Positions 52,032 through 61,498 of a stretch of 64,000 bases of DNA are shown here, piece after piece. Position 1 is the stretch's first letter; each line of letters opens with the position of its first letter. The DNA comes from Alphaproteobacteria bacterium (GTDB lineage Bacteria > Pseudomonadota > Alphaproteobacteria > CACIAM-22H2), in assembly GCA_035506575.1 (NCBI GenBank), contig DATJPD010000082.1, positions 18,566 through 82,565 on the forward strand, given 5' to 3'. Both the position numbers and the translations under genes were made by a program. Under the pieces are notes generated by a model, which ran no database searches, had not been told where the DNA came from, and saw only the letters and a program-made list of their open reading frames with translations.

Positions 52032-54125
52032 TCAGTGCGCCAGGATCGCGAGCAGCAGGATCGCGACGATGTTGATGATCTTGATCATCGGGTTCACCGC
52101 CGGGCCAGCCGTGTCCTTGTAGGGATCGCCGACCGTATCGCCGGTCACCGCCGCCTTGTGCGTGTCGGAGCCCTTGCCGCCGTAATGCCCGTCCTCGATG
52201 TACTTCTTGGCATTGTCCCAGGCGCCGCCGCCCGAGGTCATCGAGATCGCGACGAACAGGCCGGTGACGATCGTGCCAACGAGCATGGCGCCCACGGCGG
52301 TGAACGCCGCCGCCTGGCCGCCGATGAACCGGATGACGAAGTAGAGCACGACCGGCGCCAGGACCGGCAGCAGCGACGGCACGATCATCTCGGCGATCGC
52401 CGCCTTGGTCAGAAGGTCGACCGCCTTGCCGTAATCCGGCTTGGCCGTGCCCTCCATGATGCCCTTGATCTCCTGGAACTGGCGGCGCACTTCGACCACC
52501 ACCGAGCCGGCAGCACGCCCGACCGCGGTCATGGCCATGGCGCCGAACAGGTACGGCAGGAGACCGCCGATGAACAACCCGACGATCACATAAGGATCGT
52601 TGAGGGTGAACTGCAGCTTCAGGTTCGGGAAGTAGTGCTGCAGGTCCTCGGTGTAAGCGGCGAACAGCACGAGAGCCGCGAGACCCGCCGAGCCGATCGC
52701 ATAACCCTTGGTCACGGCCTTGGTCGTGTTGCCGACCGCATCCAGCGCGTCGGTCGTCTTGCGGATGTCCTTGGGCAGCTGCGACATCTCGGCGATGCCG
52801 CCGGCGTTGTCGGTCACCGGCCCGTAGGCGTCGAGCGCCACGATCATGCCGGCCAGCGCCAGCATCGTCGTGGCCGCGATCGCGATCCCGAACAGGCCCG
52901 CGTTCAGATAGGCCAGGAGGATGCCGCCGCAGATCACGATCACCGGCAGGGCCGTCGCCTCCATCGAGACGGCCAGCCCTTTGATGATGTTCGTCGCATG
53001 CCCCGTCTGCGAGGCTTCGGCGACACTCTGCACCGGCCGGTAGTCGACGCCGGTGTAGTATTCGGTGATCCACACCAGAAGGCCCGTCACCGCGAGCCCG
53101 GTGAGCGCGCAGTAGAAAAGGTGCCGGCCGGTGAAGGTCAGCCCGTTGATGGTGAACTGCGTGCCGAAGCCGATATACCACTGGACGATCACGCCGATGA
53201 TGATCACCGATAGGATACCGGTGACGATCAGGGCCTTGTACAGCGCCTTCATGATCTTGCCATCGGCGCTCAGCTTGACGAAGAACGTGCCGACCACCGA
53301 GGCCGCGATGCAGCCGCCGCTGATCAAGAGCGGGAACAGCATCATCTGGCTCTGCACGGGCCCCGTGAAGAAGATCGCCGTGAGCAGCATGGTCGCCACG
53401 ATCGTGACCGCATAGGTCTCGAACAAGTCGGCGGCCATGCCGGCGCAGTCGCCCACGTTGTCGCCCACGTTGTCGGCGATCACCGCCGGATTGCGCGGGT
53501 CATCCTCAGGGATGTTCTTTTCGATCTTGCCGACGAGGTCGGCGCCGACGTCAGCACCCTTGGTGAAAATACCGCCGCCGAGACGGGCAAAGATGGAGAT
53601 CAGAGAGGCGCCGAACGACAGGGCCACCAGCGCCTCGAGGATCGAGCGCTGGCTGGCTGCGTCGTTGCCGCCGATCCAGTGCAGCAGGATGCCGTAGTAC
53701 AGCGTGACGCCGAGGAGCCCGAGACCGACGACGAGAAGGCCCGTGATGGCGCCGGAGCGGAACGCGACGTCGAGGGCCGGCTGCATGCCTTCGCGGGCCG
53801 CGGCCGCCGTACGCACGTTGGCGCGCACCGAGACGTTCATGCCGATATAGCCGGCCGAACCGGACAGGACTGCGCCGATTACGAACCCGACGGCGACATG
53901 GATGCCGAGGAAAAAGCCGAGGATGATCGTCACCACCACGCCGGCGATGGCGATCGTCCGATATTGGCGGTTGAGATAGGCGCGGGCGCCCTCTTGGATG
54001 GCCGCCGAGATCTCCTGCATGCGCGCGGTGCCGGTCCCGGCCGCCATCACCTTGTTGTAAGCATAGACGCCGTAGATGAGGGCGAGCACGCCGCACGCCA
54101 CGACGATCCAATAGGCTTCGGTCAT
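52032..54125 (-). CDS. hppA: Membrane-bound proton-translocating pyrophosphatase
   Basis: 697 aa with ~16 TM helices. V-PPase motifs are present: [36 protein letters not shown] and [14 protein letters not shown]. Confidence 0.95.
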   Translation of the reverse strand: MTEAYWIVVACGVLALIYGVYAYNKVMAAGTGTARMQEISAAIQEGARAYLNRQYRTIAIAGVVVTIILGFFLGIHVAVGFVIGAVLSGSAGYIGMNVSVRANVRTAAAAREGMQPALDVAFRSGAITGLLVVGLGLLGVTLYYGILLHWIGGNDAASQRSILEALVALSFGASLISIFARLGGGIFTKGADVGADLVGKIEKNIPEDDPRNPAVIADNVGDNVGDCAGMAADLFETYAVTIVATMLLTAIFFTGPVQSQMMLFPLLISGGCIAASVVGTFFVKLSADGKIMKALYKALIVTGILSVIIIGVIVQWYIGFGTQFTINGLTFTGRHLFYCALTGLAVTGLLVWITEYYTGVDYRPVQSVAEASQTGHATNIIKGLAVSMEATALPVIVICGGILLAYLNAGLFGIAIAATTMLALAGMIVALDAYGPVTDNAGGIAEMSQLPKDIRKTTDALDAVGNTTKAVTKGYAIGSAGLAALVLFAAYTEDLQHYFPNLKLQFTLNDPYVIVGLFIGGLLPYLFGAMAMTAVGRAAGSVVVEVRRQFQEIKGIMEGTAKPDYGKAVDLLTKAAIAEMIVPSLLPVLAPVVLYFVIRFIGGQAAAFTAVGAMLVGTIVTGLFVAISMTSGGGAWDNAKKYIEDGHYGGKGSDTHKAAVTGDTVGDPYKDTAGPAVNPMIKIINIVAILLLAILAH

Positions 54126-54307
54126 AGGTCGAAATCCTTCAGCGTTTTTCTTGTTCGATCCGGTTCTGCCCGGCCGCTAACTCTAAGATTTTGAGGGAAA
54201 TTTGCGATTCTCGGGCTGCGGAGCGGGCGCGAACATGCCAGAACCGCCCTGCCCTGGCAAGCATGCGGGCCGTGCCCCGGCCGGCTATCTGCCGCAGGAC
54301 GTTAACC

Positions 54308-55186
54308 TCAGGCGGCGCGGCCCACTGGCGGGTCGACGTCGAGGGTGGTGCTGCGGCGCAGCTCGCGGCGGAGCGTGGGGTCATGGCGCCGGCCGCGATG
54401 GATGACGCAGCGGTTGTCCCAGATCACGAGGTCGCCGGGGCGCCATTGGTGGCGGTACACGAACTGCCGCTGGGTAGCGTGCTCGATCAGGTCCGAGACC
54501 AGGAGCCGGCTTTCGGGAACGGTCATGCCCAGGACGTGGGTGATGTGCACGCCCACGAACAGGACCTTGCGCCCGGAGCCCGGGTGCACCCGGACCAGCG
54601 GCCATTGGGCAGGCGGGATCGCCGCTTTTTGGGCGTCGGTATAGGTCTCGCCCAGCATGATCCGCGAATGGAGAGCTGAATGTTCGGCCGTGAGCCCGTC
54701 GATCTCGGCCTTGGCCTCCTCCGGGAGCGCGTCATAGGCCGCGCGCAGGTCGGCATATTCGGTCTCCCCACCCTTGGGCGTGACCACCAGCGCATGCAGC
54801 ATGGAATAGCGCGCCGCCGGCTTCTGGAAGGAGCTGTCGCTGTGCCACAGAGCGTTGGCGATGTTGCCGACGATCCGCCGATGGTCGCGTGCCGCGATCC
54901 GGCCGCTCTCGTCGAGATTGGAGATATCGGCCAACTCCTCGTACCCGAGCCGGTCCGGCTGACCGCGCCGGACCTTCTTCAAGCCGATATCCAGCGGCCC
55001 GAAGGCGCGGGTGAACGCGAGCTGCTGCTCCGGCCCGACCGGCTTCCCGCGCAGCACCAGGACCGCGTAGCGGTCCATGGCGGCGTTGATCTCCTGGACC
55101 AGGTCCGGGTCCGGGACCCGGCCGATATCGACGTCGTCGGTCTCTGCCGCGAACAGCGGATGGAGCGGGTGCAGTCGTAGAGCCAC
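54308..55186 (-). CDS. TauD/TfdA-family Fe(II)/2-oxoglutarate dioxygenase
   Basis: 292 aa with a GTG start. The facial-triad region is WHSDSSF...HS. It also has WRPGDLVIWDNRCVIHRG. Confidence 0.9.
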   Translation of the reverse strand: MALRLHPLHPLFAAETDDVDIGRVPDPDLVQEINAAMDRYAVLVLRGKPVGPEQQLAFTRAFGPLDIGLKKVRRGQPDRLGYEELADISNLDESGRIAARDHRRIVGNIANALWHSDSSFQKPAARYSMLHALVVTPKGGETEYADLRAAYDALPEEAKAEIDGLTAEHSALHSRIMLGETYTDAQKAAIPPAQWPLVRVHPGSGRKVLFVGVHITHVLGMTVPESRLLVSDLIEHATQRQFVYRHQWRPGDLVIWDNRCVIHRGRRHDPTLRRELRRSTTLDVDPPVGRAA

Positions 55187-55202
55187 GGCCGCCCCCCTGC
55201 GC

Positions 55203-56402
55203 CTACGCCGCGACGGTCCGCCGCTTCAGCGCGAGCCAGGCGAGTGCGGCCAGCGCTGCGGCGATGAACGGGACGGCCACGACATTGAGGCCATTCCACC
55301 CGAGCGTGTTGAAGAAGGCGCCCGAGGACAGAGCGCCGGTGGCCATCATGCCGAAGACCAGGAAGTCGTTGGCGGCCTGCACCTTCGCCTTCTCGGCAGG
55401 CCGGTAGACCTGGGTCAGCAACGTGGTGGCGCCGACATAGGTGAAGTTCCATCCGATGCCCAGCAGGAACAGGCCGAGCCAGAACTGTGCCACCGCCGTG
55501 CCCGACATGTTGACCGCCAGGCACGCGGCGAGGATCACCAGGCCGCAGGTGATGACGTTGGTCGCGCCGAACCTGCCGATCAGGGTTCCGGTGAAGAACG
55601 ACGGCGCGAACATGCCGAGCACGTGCCACTGGATGACGAACGCGGCAGACTCGAACGGATACGAGCACGCGATCATGGCCAGCGGCGTGACCGTCATCAG
55701 CAAGGTCATCGTGCCGTAGCCGATCATGCCCGAGAGAATCGCGACCCTGGCCGCGGGCTGGCGCAGGATCTCGCGCAAGGGCCGGCCGCTGTCGCGCCGC
55801 TCCTCGGCCGTGGGGCTGGGGATTTCGATGAACTGCAGCACGATCAAGGCGATCACGGCCACGAGCGACAAGGCCGCGAACGACCCGGCGAAGGTCACCG
55901 GCGCCAGCAGATCCTTGGTGAGCTTGGCCAACTCGGGGCCGAGGACCGCGGCGATGACGCCCCCGGCCAGGGTGTAGGAAATCGCCTTGCCGCGCCACGC
56001 CTCGCTCGTCCCGTCGACTGCCGCAAACCGATAGGACTGGCCGAAACCGTTGTAGACGCCGTTGACCGCACTGCCGAGGCAGAACAGGAAAAACGACGCA
56101 TGCAGGACGCCCCACGCCGCCAGCGCCGTGCCGACGATCCCGAAGGCGGCCCCGACGGTGTAGCCCCAGCGGCGCCCCACGCGCCGCATGAAGAGGTTCG
56201 AGGGGATCTGGGTGAATACCACGAACGCCTGCTGGAGAGCCACGGGCAGGGTCGCCCAGGCCTTGTCGGGCGCCAGCGTGTAGCCGACGATCGACGCCTC
56301 GGCGATCATCGTCGACGTGCCGATCATGAAGAGCGCCTGGCAGAGCGCCAGCAACATGACGTTGCGCCGGGAGGTGCGGTCGTCGATCGCGATGGATGTC
56401 AT
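55203..56402 (-). CDS. MFS transporter
   Basis: 399 aa with 12 predicted TM helices. It lies 16 nt upstream of the TfdA-like gene. Confidence 0.85.
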   Translation of the reverse strand: MTSIAIDDRTSRRNVMLLALCQALFMIGTSTMIAEASIVGYTLAPDKAWATLPVALQQAFVVFTQIPSNLFMRRVGRRWGYTVGAAFGIVGTALAAWGVLHASFFLFCLGSAVNGVYNGFGQSYRFAAVDGTSEAWRGKAISYTLAGGVIAAVLGPELAKLTKDLLAPVTFAGSFAALSLVAVIALIVLQFIEIPSPTAEERRDSGRPLREILRQPAARVAILSGMIGYGTMTLLMTVTPLAMIACSYPFESAAFVIQWHVLGMFAPSFFTGTLIGRFGATNVITCGLVILAACLAVNMSGTAVAQFWLGLFLLGIGWNFTYVGATTLLTQVYRPAEKAKVQAANDFLVFGMMATGALSSGAFFNTLGWNGLNVVAVPFIAAALAALAWLALKRRTVAA

Positions 56403-56429
56403 GTCGAAGGGATACCGTCGCTGGTTGCT

Positions 56430-56858
56430 TCAGGAGACTTTCCGGGTGAAGGACCGGAGGAATTCGATGTTCTTCACCACGTCGGGCCCAAGCACCCGCA
56501 CGCATGACGCGCTCAGCCGCCGCTTCAGTGCCTCGGGATCGATGCCGGCGTCGGCGGCGTTCGGCAGATTGGCAAGCGCGTTGATGTCCATGACGAAGGC
56601 GTCGTTGAGCTTCGGCATCATGTCCTGGACTTTGACCTGGGCGGCCGAATCCGCGACGTCGAGCACGATGACGAAGCCGATATGCTTCTCGACCACGCCG
56701 TTGCGCTGGATCGAGACGACAAGCGGGTCAAGACGCACGCCGATCGGCTTGTCCTTGCCAGGCAAGGCCGGCTCCTCGGCGGCAAGGGCGGGCGCCGCCC
56801 CCATCGTGACGCAGAAAAGAACAACGGCAGCCAGCACGCGGACCAGACGGACGATCAC
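56430..56858 (-). CDS. Exported hypothetical protein (142 aa)
   Basis: ORF track with a signal peptide (VRVLAAVVLFCVTMGAAPALA). No family is recognised with certainty. Confidence 0.6.
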   Translation of the reverse strand: MIVRLVRVLAAVVLFCVTMGAAPALAAEEPALPGKDKPIGVRLDPLVVSIQRNGVVEKHIGFVIVLDVADSAAQVKVQDMMPKLNDAFVMDINALANLPNAADAGIDPEALKRRLSASCVRVLGPDVVKNIEFLRSFTRKVS

Positions 56859-56936
56859 GGCGTTCCTCGTTGAGTCGGCGCAAGTTTAGGCCCGTGGCCT
56901 GCGGAATTCAAAGTCGCCGGCAAGCCCCGCAGGCGG

Positions 56937-57653
56937 TCATTTGGACCCTGGGCCGAGCGGCAGGTCGGCCAGGACCTCCTCGGACTCGCGCATGGCATTG
57001 CCGCCGACTTCGTCGGTCACGTAATCCGGGTCGCGAAGCGAGGCGGCGGCGAGGCCGGTCGCGCGCGCCACGGCCTCGATGATCGGCTCCCGCGCGTCCT
57101 GGGGGGCCGTGTGCAGGGCGGCAGCGGCAGTAAAGATGGCCTGCGAGGGCACGGCGCGCGCCGCGGCGACGGCGACAGCGGCCGCCGTCTGCGGCGCCAG
57201 GCGGATCATCGCCGACGCGATCAGGGGGGCGGCCTGCGGGGCTGCCTCGGCCACGACCCGTGCCGCGTCCGCCGCCTGATCCGGTGCCGCCAGCGCGATC
57301 GCGGCCGCGACCGGCACCGGTGCCGGCTGGGCGAGACCGGCCACGTCGGCCGCCAGCGGGACGGCTCCCGCAGGGTCCGCCGCCGCACTGGCCCGCACGA
57401 CCGCGAATGCGACGCGGCGCACGTCGCGCTGGCCGGGTGCCACCTCGAACAAAGCGGCGGCCGCATCCTCCGGATAGGCGCCCTGCTGGATCAGGCGCAG
57501 CGCCGCGGCGTCGGCGCCGAGCCCGCCTGCGATCAGCCGGCGCGCCTGGTCGCGCAGATCATCCCCCGCTCCGGCCGCCATGGCCCACGCAGCTGACGCG
57601 ACGGTCGCGAGGAGAATGACCATGCCGCGCATGCGCATCGCAGCGGTGGTCAA
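56937..57653 (-). CDS. Exported alanine-rich protein with 15-residue tandem periodicity
   Basis: 238-aa ORF with a signal peptide (MRGMVILLATVASAAWA). Residues ~93-198 show AP(Q/D)x starting every 15 residues. The start overlaps the thiL stop by 4 nt. It is the only frame here with a plausible protein. Confidence 0.5.
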   Translation of the reverse strand: MTTAAMRMRGMVILLATVASAAWAMAAGAGDDLRDQARRLIAGGLGADAAALRLIQQGAYPEDAAAALFEVAPGQRDVRRVAFAVVRASAAADPAGAVPLAADVAGLAQPAPVPVAAAIALAAPDQAADAARVVAEAAPQAAPLIASAMIRLAPQTAAAVAVAAARAVPSQAIFTAAAALHTAPQDAREPIIEAVARATGLAAASLRDPDYVTDEVGGNAMRESEEVLADLPLGPGSK

Positions 57654-58636
57654 AAATGCGTCCAGCCGCCCTGCGCGAGCTTGCGCCGGCGGCCCCGGGC
57701 ATCGAGGACACTCACGCCCCTGCCCGCCTCCATGCGGCCGATGCGCGTCATCGCCACACCGGATGCGGCGGCCAAGCGCGCGATCTCGGGTGCCGCCGCC
57801 GGCGGCGCGGTGAAGAGAATCTCGTAGTCATCTCCGCCGGTGAGAACCTGCTCCATGAGCTGCGACCGCGCCGCGAGGGCGGCTTTTGCAGGCGTCGACA
57901 GGGGCACCGAGGTTTCGTCGATCACGGCGCACAATTTCGAGGTTTCGCAGACATGGCCCAAATCGGCGACCAGCCCGTCGGAGATATCGATGGCGGCCGT
58001 CGCGATGCCGGGCAGCTGCGGCCCGAGCGCCACGCGCGGCCGCGGCACCTGGTAGCGGCCGATGAGATGCTGGCGCTGCTTGGCCGTAAGAGAACGCAGT
58101 TTGCCGCGGCGCGCCATCAGCCCGAGGGCCGCATCGCCGATCGTGCCGGTGACGTAGACCTCGTCGCCCGCCCGCGCCCCGTTACGTCGCAAGCCCCGGC
58201 CCGGCCGCACGATGCCCAGAAGGGTGATCGCGAACGTCGCCGGTCCGGGTGTCGCCTTGGTATCGCCGCCCACGAGCGAGACGTCGAACTCCGCCTGGTC
58301 GTGCGCCAGCCCTTTGGCGAAGCGAGAGACCCATGCGTTGCCCACGCGCTTCGGAAATGCCGCGTCGAGCAGGTACCAGCGCGGGGTCGCACCTTTGGCG
58401 GCAAGGTCGGAAAGGTTTCTGCGCAGCACCTTGCGCGCGATCAGATCCGGCGGATCGTCCGGCAGGAAATGGACGGTGGCGACGATCGAATCCGTCTTCG
58501 CGACCAGTTCGTGGCCGTCGGGGACGTCGAGAAACGCCGCGTCGTCGGTCAGGCCGAAGGCGCCGGCCACGCCGGCCGCGAGCGGCGCGAAATAGCGCGC
58601 GATGATCTCGAATTCACCGCTTCTCTTTGGCGGCAT
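57650..58636 (-). CDS. thiL: Thiamine-monophosphate kinase
   Basis: ORF 57650..58663 trimmed to MPPKRSGEFEIIARYF at 58636. It includes LTDDAAFL, DSIVATVHF and GGD. It overlaps the nusB 3' end by 23 nt. Confidence 0.9.
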   Translation of the reverse strand: MPPKRSGEFEIIARYFAPLAAGVAGAFGLTDDAAFLDVPDGHELVAKTDSIVATVHFLPDDPPDLIARKVLRRNLSDLAAKGATPRWYLLDAAFPKRVGNAWVSRFAKGLAHDQAEFDVSLVGGDTKATPGPATFAITLLGIVRPGRGLRRNGARAGDEVYVTGTIGDAALGLMARRGKLRSLTAKQRQHLIGRYQVPRPRVALGPQLPGIATAAIDISDGLVADLGHVCETSKLCAVIDETSVPLSTPAKAALAARSQLMEQVLTGGDDYEILFTAPPAAAPEIARLAAASGVAMTRIGRMEAGRGVSVLDARGRRRKLAQGGWTHF

Positions 58637-59144
58637 TCGGGAGTTCCTGCGGCCGCAGCTCACGGGCGAGACGGTCGAGCACGCCGTTCACGAAGCCCCG
58701 CTCCTTGTCGCCGAGAAAAGCGCGCGCCACATCGAGATACTGGTCGATGACGACGCGGGCCGGCACATCCGCGAACTCCAGGAGCTCGCAGGCACCCGCC
58801 CGCAGGACGGCGCGCATCACGGAATCCAGCCGCTCGAGCGGCCAGCCCGCGGTCAAGGCGCCACTGATCAGCCGGTCGATGTCGGTGCGACGCACCGAGG
58901 CGGCAGCCGTGAGCGTTGCGAACAGCTTGGGGTCCGCGGGCGGACGCTGGTCCGCCTCGCCGAGCCGGTGATCGCGAAACTCGGCGATCACCTCGTCGGC
59001 CGGCCGCGCCGACATTTCGATCTGGTAGAGCGCCTGGACAGCGGCGATCCGTGCGGCGAGGCGCGGCGATTGCTGACGGCGCGGACGCGCCGGCGTGCCG
59101 CCGCCGTCGGGCTCCGGCGGGGTGGATGGATCGCGGCCGGTCAT
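58614..59144 (-). CDS. nusB: Transcription antitermination factor NusB
   Basis: ORF 58614..59246 trimmed to MTGRDPST at 59144, with an ATGA overlap with the ribH stop. It includes RIAAVQALYQIEM and FVNGVLDRLAREL. Confidence 0.9.
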   Translation of the reverse strand: MTGRDPSTPPEPDGGGTPARPRRQQSPRLAARIAAVQALYQIEMSARPADEVIAEFRDHRLGEADQRPPADPKLFATLTAAASVRRTDIDRLISGALTAGWPLERLDSVMRAVLRAGACELLEFADVPARVVIDQYLDVARAFLGDKERGFVNGVLDRLARELRPQELPNAAKEKR

Positions 59145-59605
59145 CGCGGAAAGAGCCGGAATCGACGTTTGAGGTCGATCATGGCAAGGCAGGCGCGCGC
59201 CGCATCGCCGCCCTTGTTCAGGCGGTCGACCTTGGCGCGCTCCCACGCCTGGTCCTCGTTCTCGACCGTCAGCACGCCGAAGCCCAGCGCCAGGGAGTAA
59301 TGGACGGCGAGATCCTGGAGCGCTCGCGCCGTCTCCTGGCAGATGTGGTCGTAATGGGTCGTTTCGCCGCGGATCACGCAGCCGAGCGCCACGTATCCGT
59401 CGAAGCGGCGGCGGCCCGGCGAAAAGTCCAGCGAGCGCACCGCGTATTGAATGGCGGCCGGAATCTCGAACGCGCCGGGGACGGCGAACCGCTCGTAGGT
59501 GGCGCCGGCCTCCTCGAGCACGGCGATCGCGCCGCGCATGAGCTCGTCCGCGAGGGGCTCATAGAACCGGGCCTCGACGATCATGACGTGGGGTGCAACT
59601 GCCAT
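59141..59605 (-). CDS. ribH: 6,7-dimethyl-8-ribityllumazine synthase
   Basis: ORF 59141..59656 trimmed to MAVAPHVMIVEARFY at 59605, with GGAGAT upstream. It includes VPGAFEIP and GCVIRGETTHYD. Confidence 0.9.
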   Translation of the reverse strand: MAVAPHVMIVEARFYEPLADELMRGAIAVLEEAGATYERFAVPGAFEIPAAIQYAVRSLDFSPGRRRFDGYVALGCVIRGETTHYDHICQETARALQDLAVHYSLALGFGVLTVENEDQAWERAKVDRLNKGGDAARACLAMIDLKRRFRLFPR

Positions 59606-59622
59606 TCCCGTATCTCCTGCCG

Positions 59623-60840
59623 TCAGGCGTCGGCCAGCGGCGGAATGGTCCGCCATTCGTGGACACGCAGGCCGTAGCCTTCGAGGCCGACGATGTTGCG
59701 GGGGTGATCGGACAGCAGGATCATGTCACGCACGCCGAGGTCGAGCAGGATCTGGGCTCCGACGCCGTAGTCGCGCAAGCCCGCGGCGGCGGCCGCGACC
59801 TGCCGGCCTTCATCGGAGAGGAAGTCCCCGAGCGCATCGGCTGGGTTGTTCACATCGCCCAGGCGCGCGCGGACGCGGTCGGACAGGCTCGTCGGCCGCG
59901 GCTCGCGGATCAGCACGACCACCCCGCGCTTCGCTTCGCCGATCATCTTCATCGACGAATGCAGCACGCCGCCCCGGTTCACCGAGGTATCGCCGAGCAC
60001 GTCGTCGAGCACGTTCAGCGCGTGCATGCGCACGAGCACCGGCTCGGGCCCCGAAAGGTCGCCTTTGACGAGGGCGATGTGCTCGGCATACGCCGCCTTG
60101 TTGACGTACACCACCATCCGGAACAGGCCGCCGAAGCGGCTCTTGAGCGTGGTCTCGATGGTCCGCTCGACGAGCCGATCGTGGCGCCGGCGGTAGGCGA
60201 TCAGGTCGGCGATCGTCGCCACCTTGAGGCCGTGGAACTGCGCGAACTTCACGAGGTCGGGCAGCCGCGCCATGCTGCCGTCGTCGTTCATGATTTCGCA
60301 GATCACGCCGGACGGGTTGAGCCCGGCGAGGCGAGCCAGGTCGACGGCCGCCTCGGTGTGGCCGGCGCGCACGAGCACGCCGCCGTCGCGCGCCACCAGC
60401 GGGAAGACGTGGCCCGGCGACACGATGTCGCGCGCGCCCTTCTCGGGATCGATCGCGACGGCGACCGTGCGCGCGCGATCAGACGCCGAGATCCCGGTGG
60501 TGACCCCCTCGCGTGCCTCGATCGAAACGGTGAACGCCGTCTGGTGGCGCGTGCCGTTCTCGGACGACATGAGCTTGAGCCCGAGCTGGTCGCAGCGTGC
60601 CCGCGCCAGCGCCAGGCAGATCAACCCGCGCCCGTGCTTGGCCATGAAATTGATCGATTCCGGCGTCGCCATCTGCGCCGGGATCACGAGGTCGCCCTCG
60701 TTCTCGCGGTCCTCGTCATCGACCAGGATGAACATCCGGCCGTTGCGGGCGTCCTCGATGACGTCCTCGATCTTCGACAGGAAGGCGATATCGCTGACGC
60801 CTCGGTCGAGAAGGTCCTGCTGGCGGCGGGAGGGGCTCAT
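59623..60840 (-). CDS. ribB: 3,4-dihydroxy-2-butanone-4-phosphate synthase fused to a degenerate GTP-cyclohydrolase-II-like domain (RibBX-type)
   Basis: ORF 59623..60924 trimmed to MSPSRRQQ at 60840, with an ATGA overlap with the ribE stop. The DHBP synthase motifs are DDEDRENEGDLV and RAGHTEA. The C-terminal domain lacks the Cys triad of RibA, reading RMHALNVLDDVLGD where RVHSECLTGD...C.C is expected. Confidence 0.85.
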   Translation of the reverse strand: MSPSRRQQDLLDRGVSDIAFLSKIEDVIEDARNGRMFILVDDEDRENEGDLVIPAQMATPESINFMAKHGRGLICLALARARCDQLGLKLMSSENGTRHQTAFTVSIEAREGVTTGISASDRARTVAVAIDPEKGARDIVSPGHVFPLVARDGGVLVRAGHTEAAVDLARLAGLNPSGVICEIMNDDGSMARLPDLVKFAQFHGLKVATIADLIAYRRRHDRLVERTIETTLKSRFGGLFRMVVYVNKAAYAEHIALVKGDLSGPEPVLVRMHALNVLDDVLGDTSVNRGGVLHSSMKMIGEAKRGVVVLIREPRPTSLSDRVRARLGDVNNPADALGDFLSDEGRQVAAAAAGLRDYGVGAQILLDLGVRDMILLSDHPRNIVGLEGYGLRVHEWRTIPPLADA

Positions 60841-61451
60841 GGCGTGCTGGTCTCGTTCAGACGCGCAACATAACGCGCCATGAGGTCGACTTCCATGTTG
60901 ACGCGGTCGCCGGAAGTCAACCATCCGAGGGTCGTAACCGATTGAGTATGTGGAATAATGTTGACGCCAAAGCGCGTCGCCTCGGCACCGCGGTCCTCCA
61001 CCTCGTTCACGGTCAAGGACACGCCGTCCACGGCGATCGAGCCCTTCTGCGCCACGAACCGGCCGAGCCGCCGCGGCAATTCAAACACAAGCCGCCGCGA
61101 GCCGGCTTCGGAACGCACCTCGACGACCTGTCCCACGCCGTCGACATGGCCGCTCACCAGATGGCCGCCCAGCTCGTCCCCTGCCTTCAGCGCCCGCTCG
61201 AGATTGATCCGCGTTCCCTCGAGCCAGTTGCCCAGCGTCGTACAGCCGAGCGTCTCCGCCGACGCGTCGGCCGCGAACCAGCCCTTCCCCGTCTCCACGG
61301 CCGTGAGGCAACAGCCGCTGCAGGCAATCGAGGCACCGATCGCAATCCCCGACGTGTCATATGCCGTCTCGATCACGAAGCGCGCATCCCGGCCGGCCGC
61401 TCGCTTGACCGCGCGCACGCGCCCGATATCGGTGACGATCCCGGTGAACAT
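60837..61451 (-). CDS. ribE: Riboflavin synthase (alpha chain)
   Basis: 204 aa. It begins MFTGIVTDIG, includes GGHLVSGHVDG, and has two lumazine-binding repeats. Confidence 0.9.
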   Translation of the reverse strand: MFTGIVTDIGRVRAVKRAAGRDARFVIETAYDTSGIAIGASIACSGCCLTAVETGKGWFAADASAETLGCTTLGNWLEGTRINLERALKAGDELGGHLVSGHVDGVGQVVEVRSEAGSRRLVFELPRRLGRFVAQKGSIAVDGVSLTVNEVEDRGAEATRFGVNIIPHTQSVTTLGWLTSGDRVNMEVDLMARYVARLNETSTP

Positions 61452-61498
61452 GAGCCTAATCTAATCGGACGGCGGGCGGGCTGTAACTTGTTATTCCG

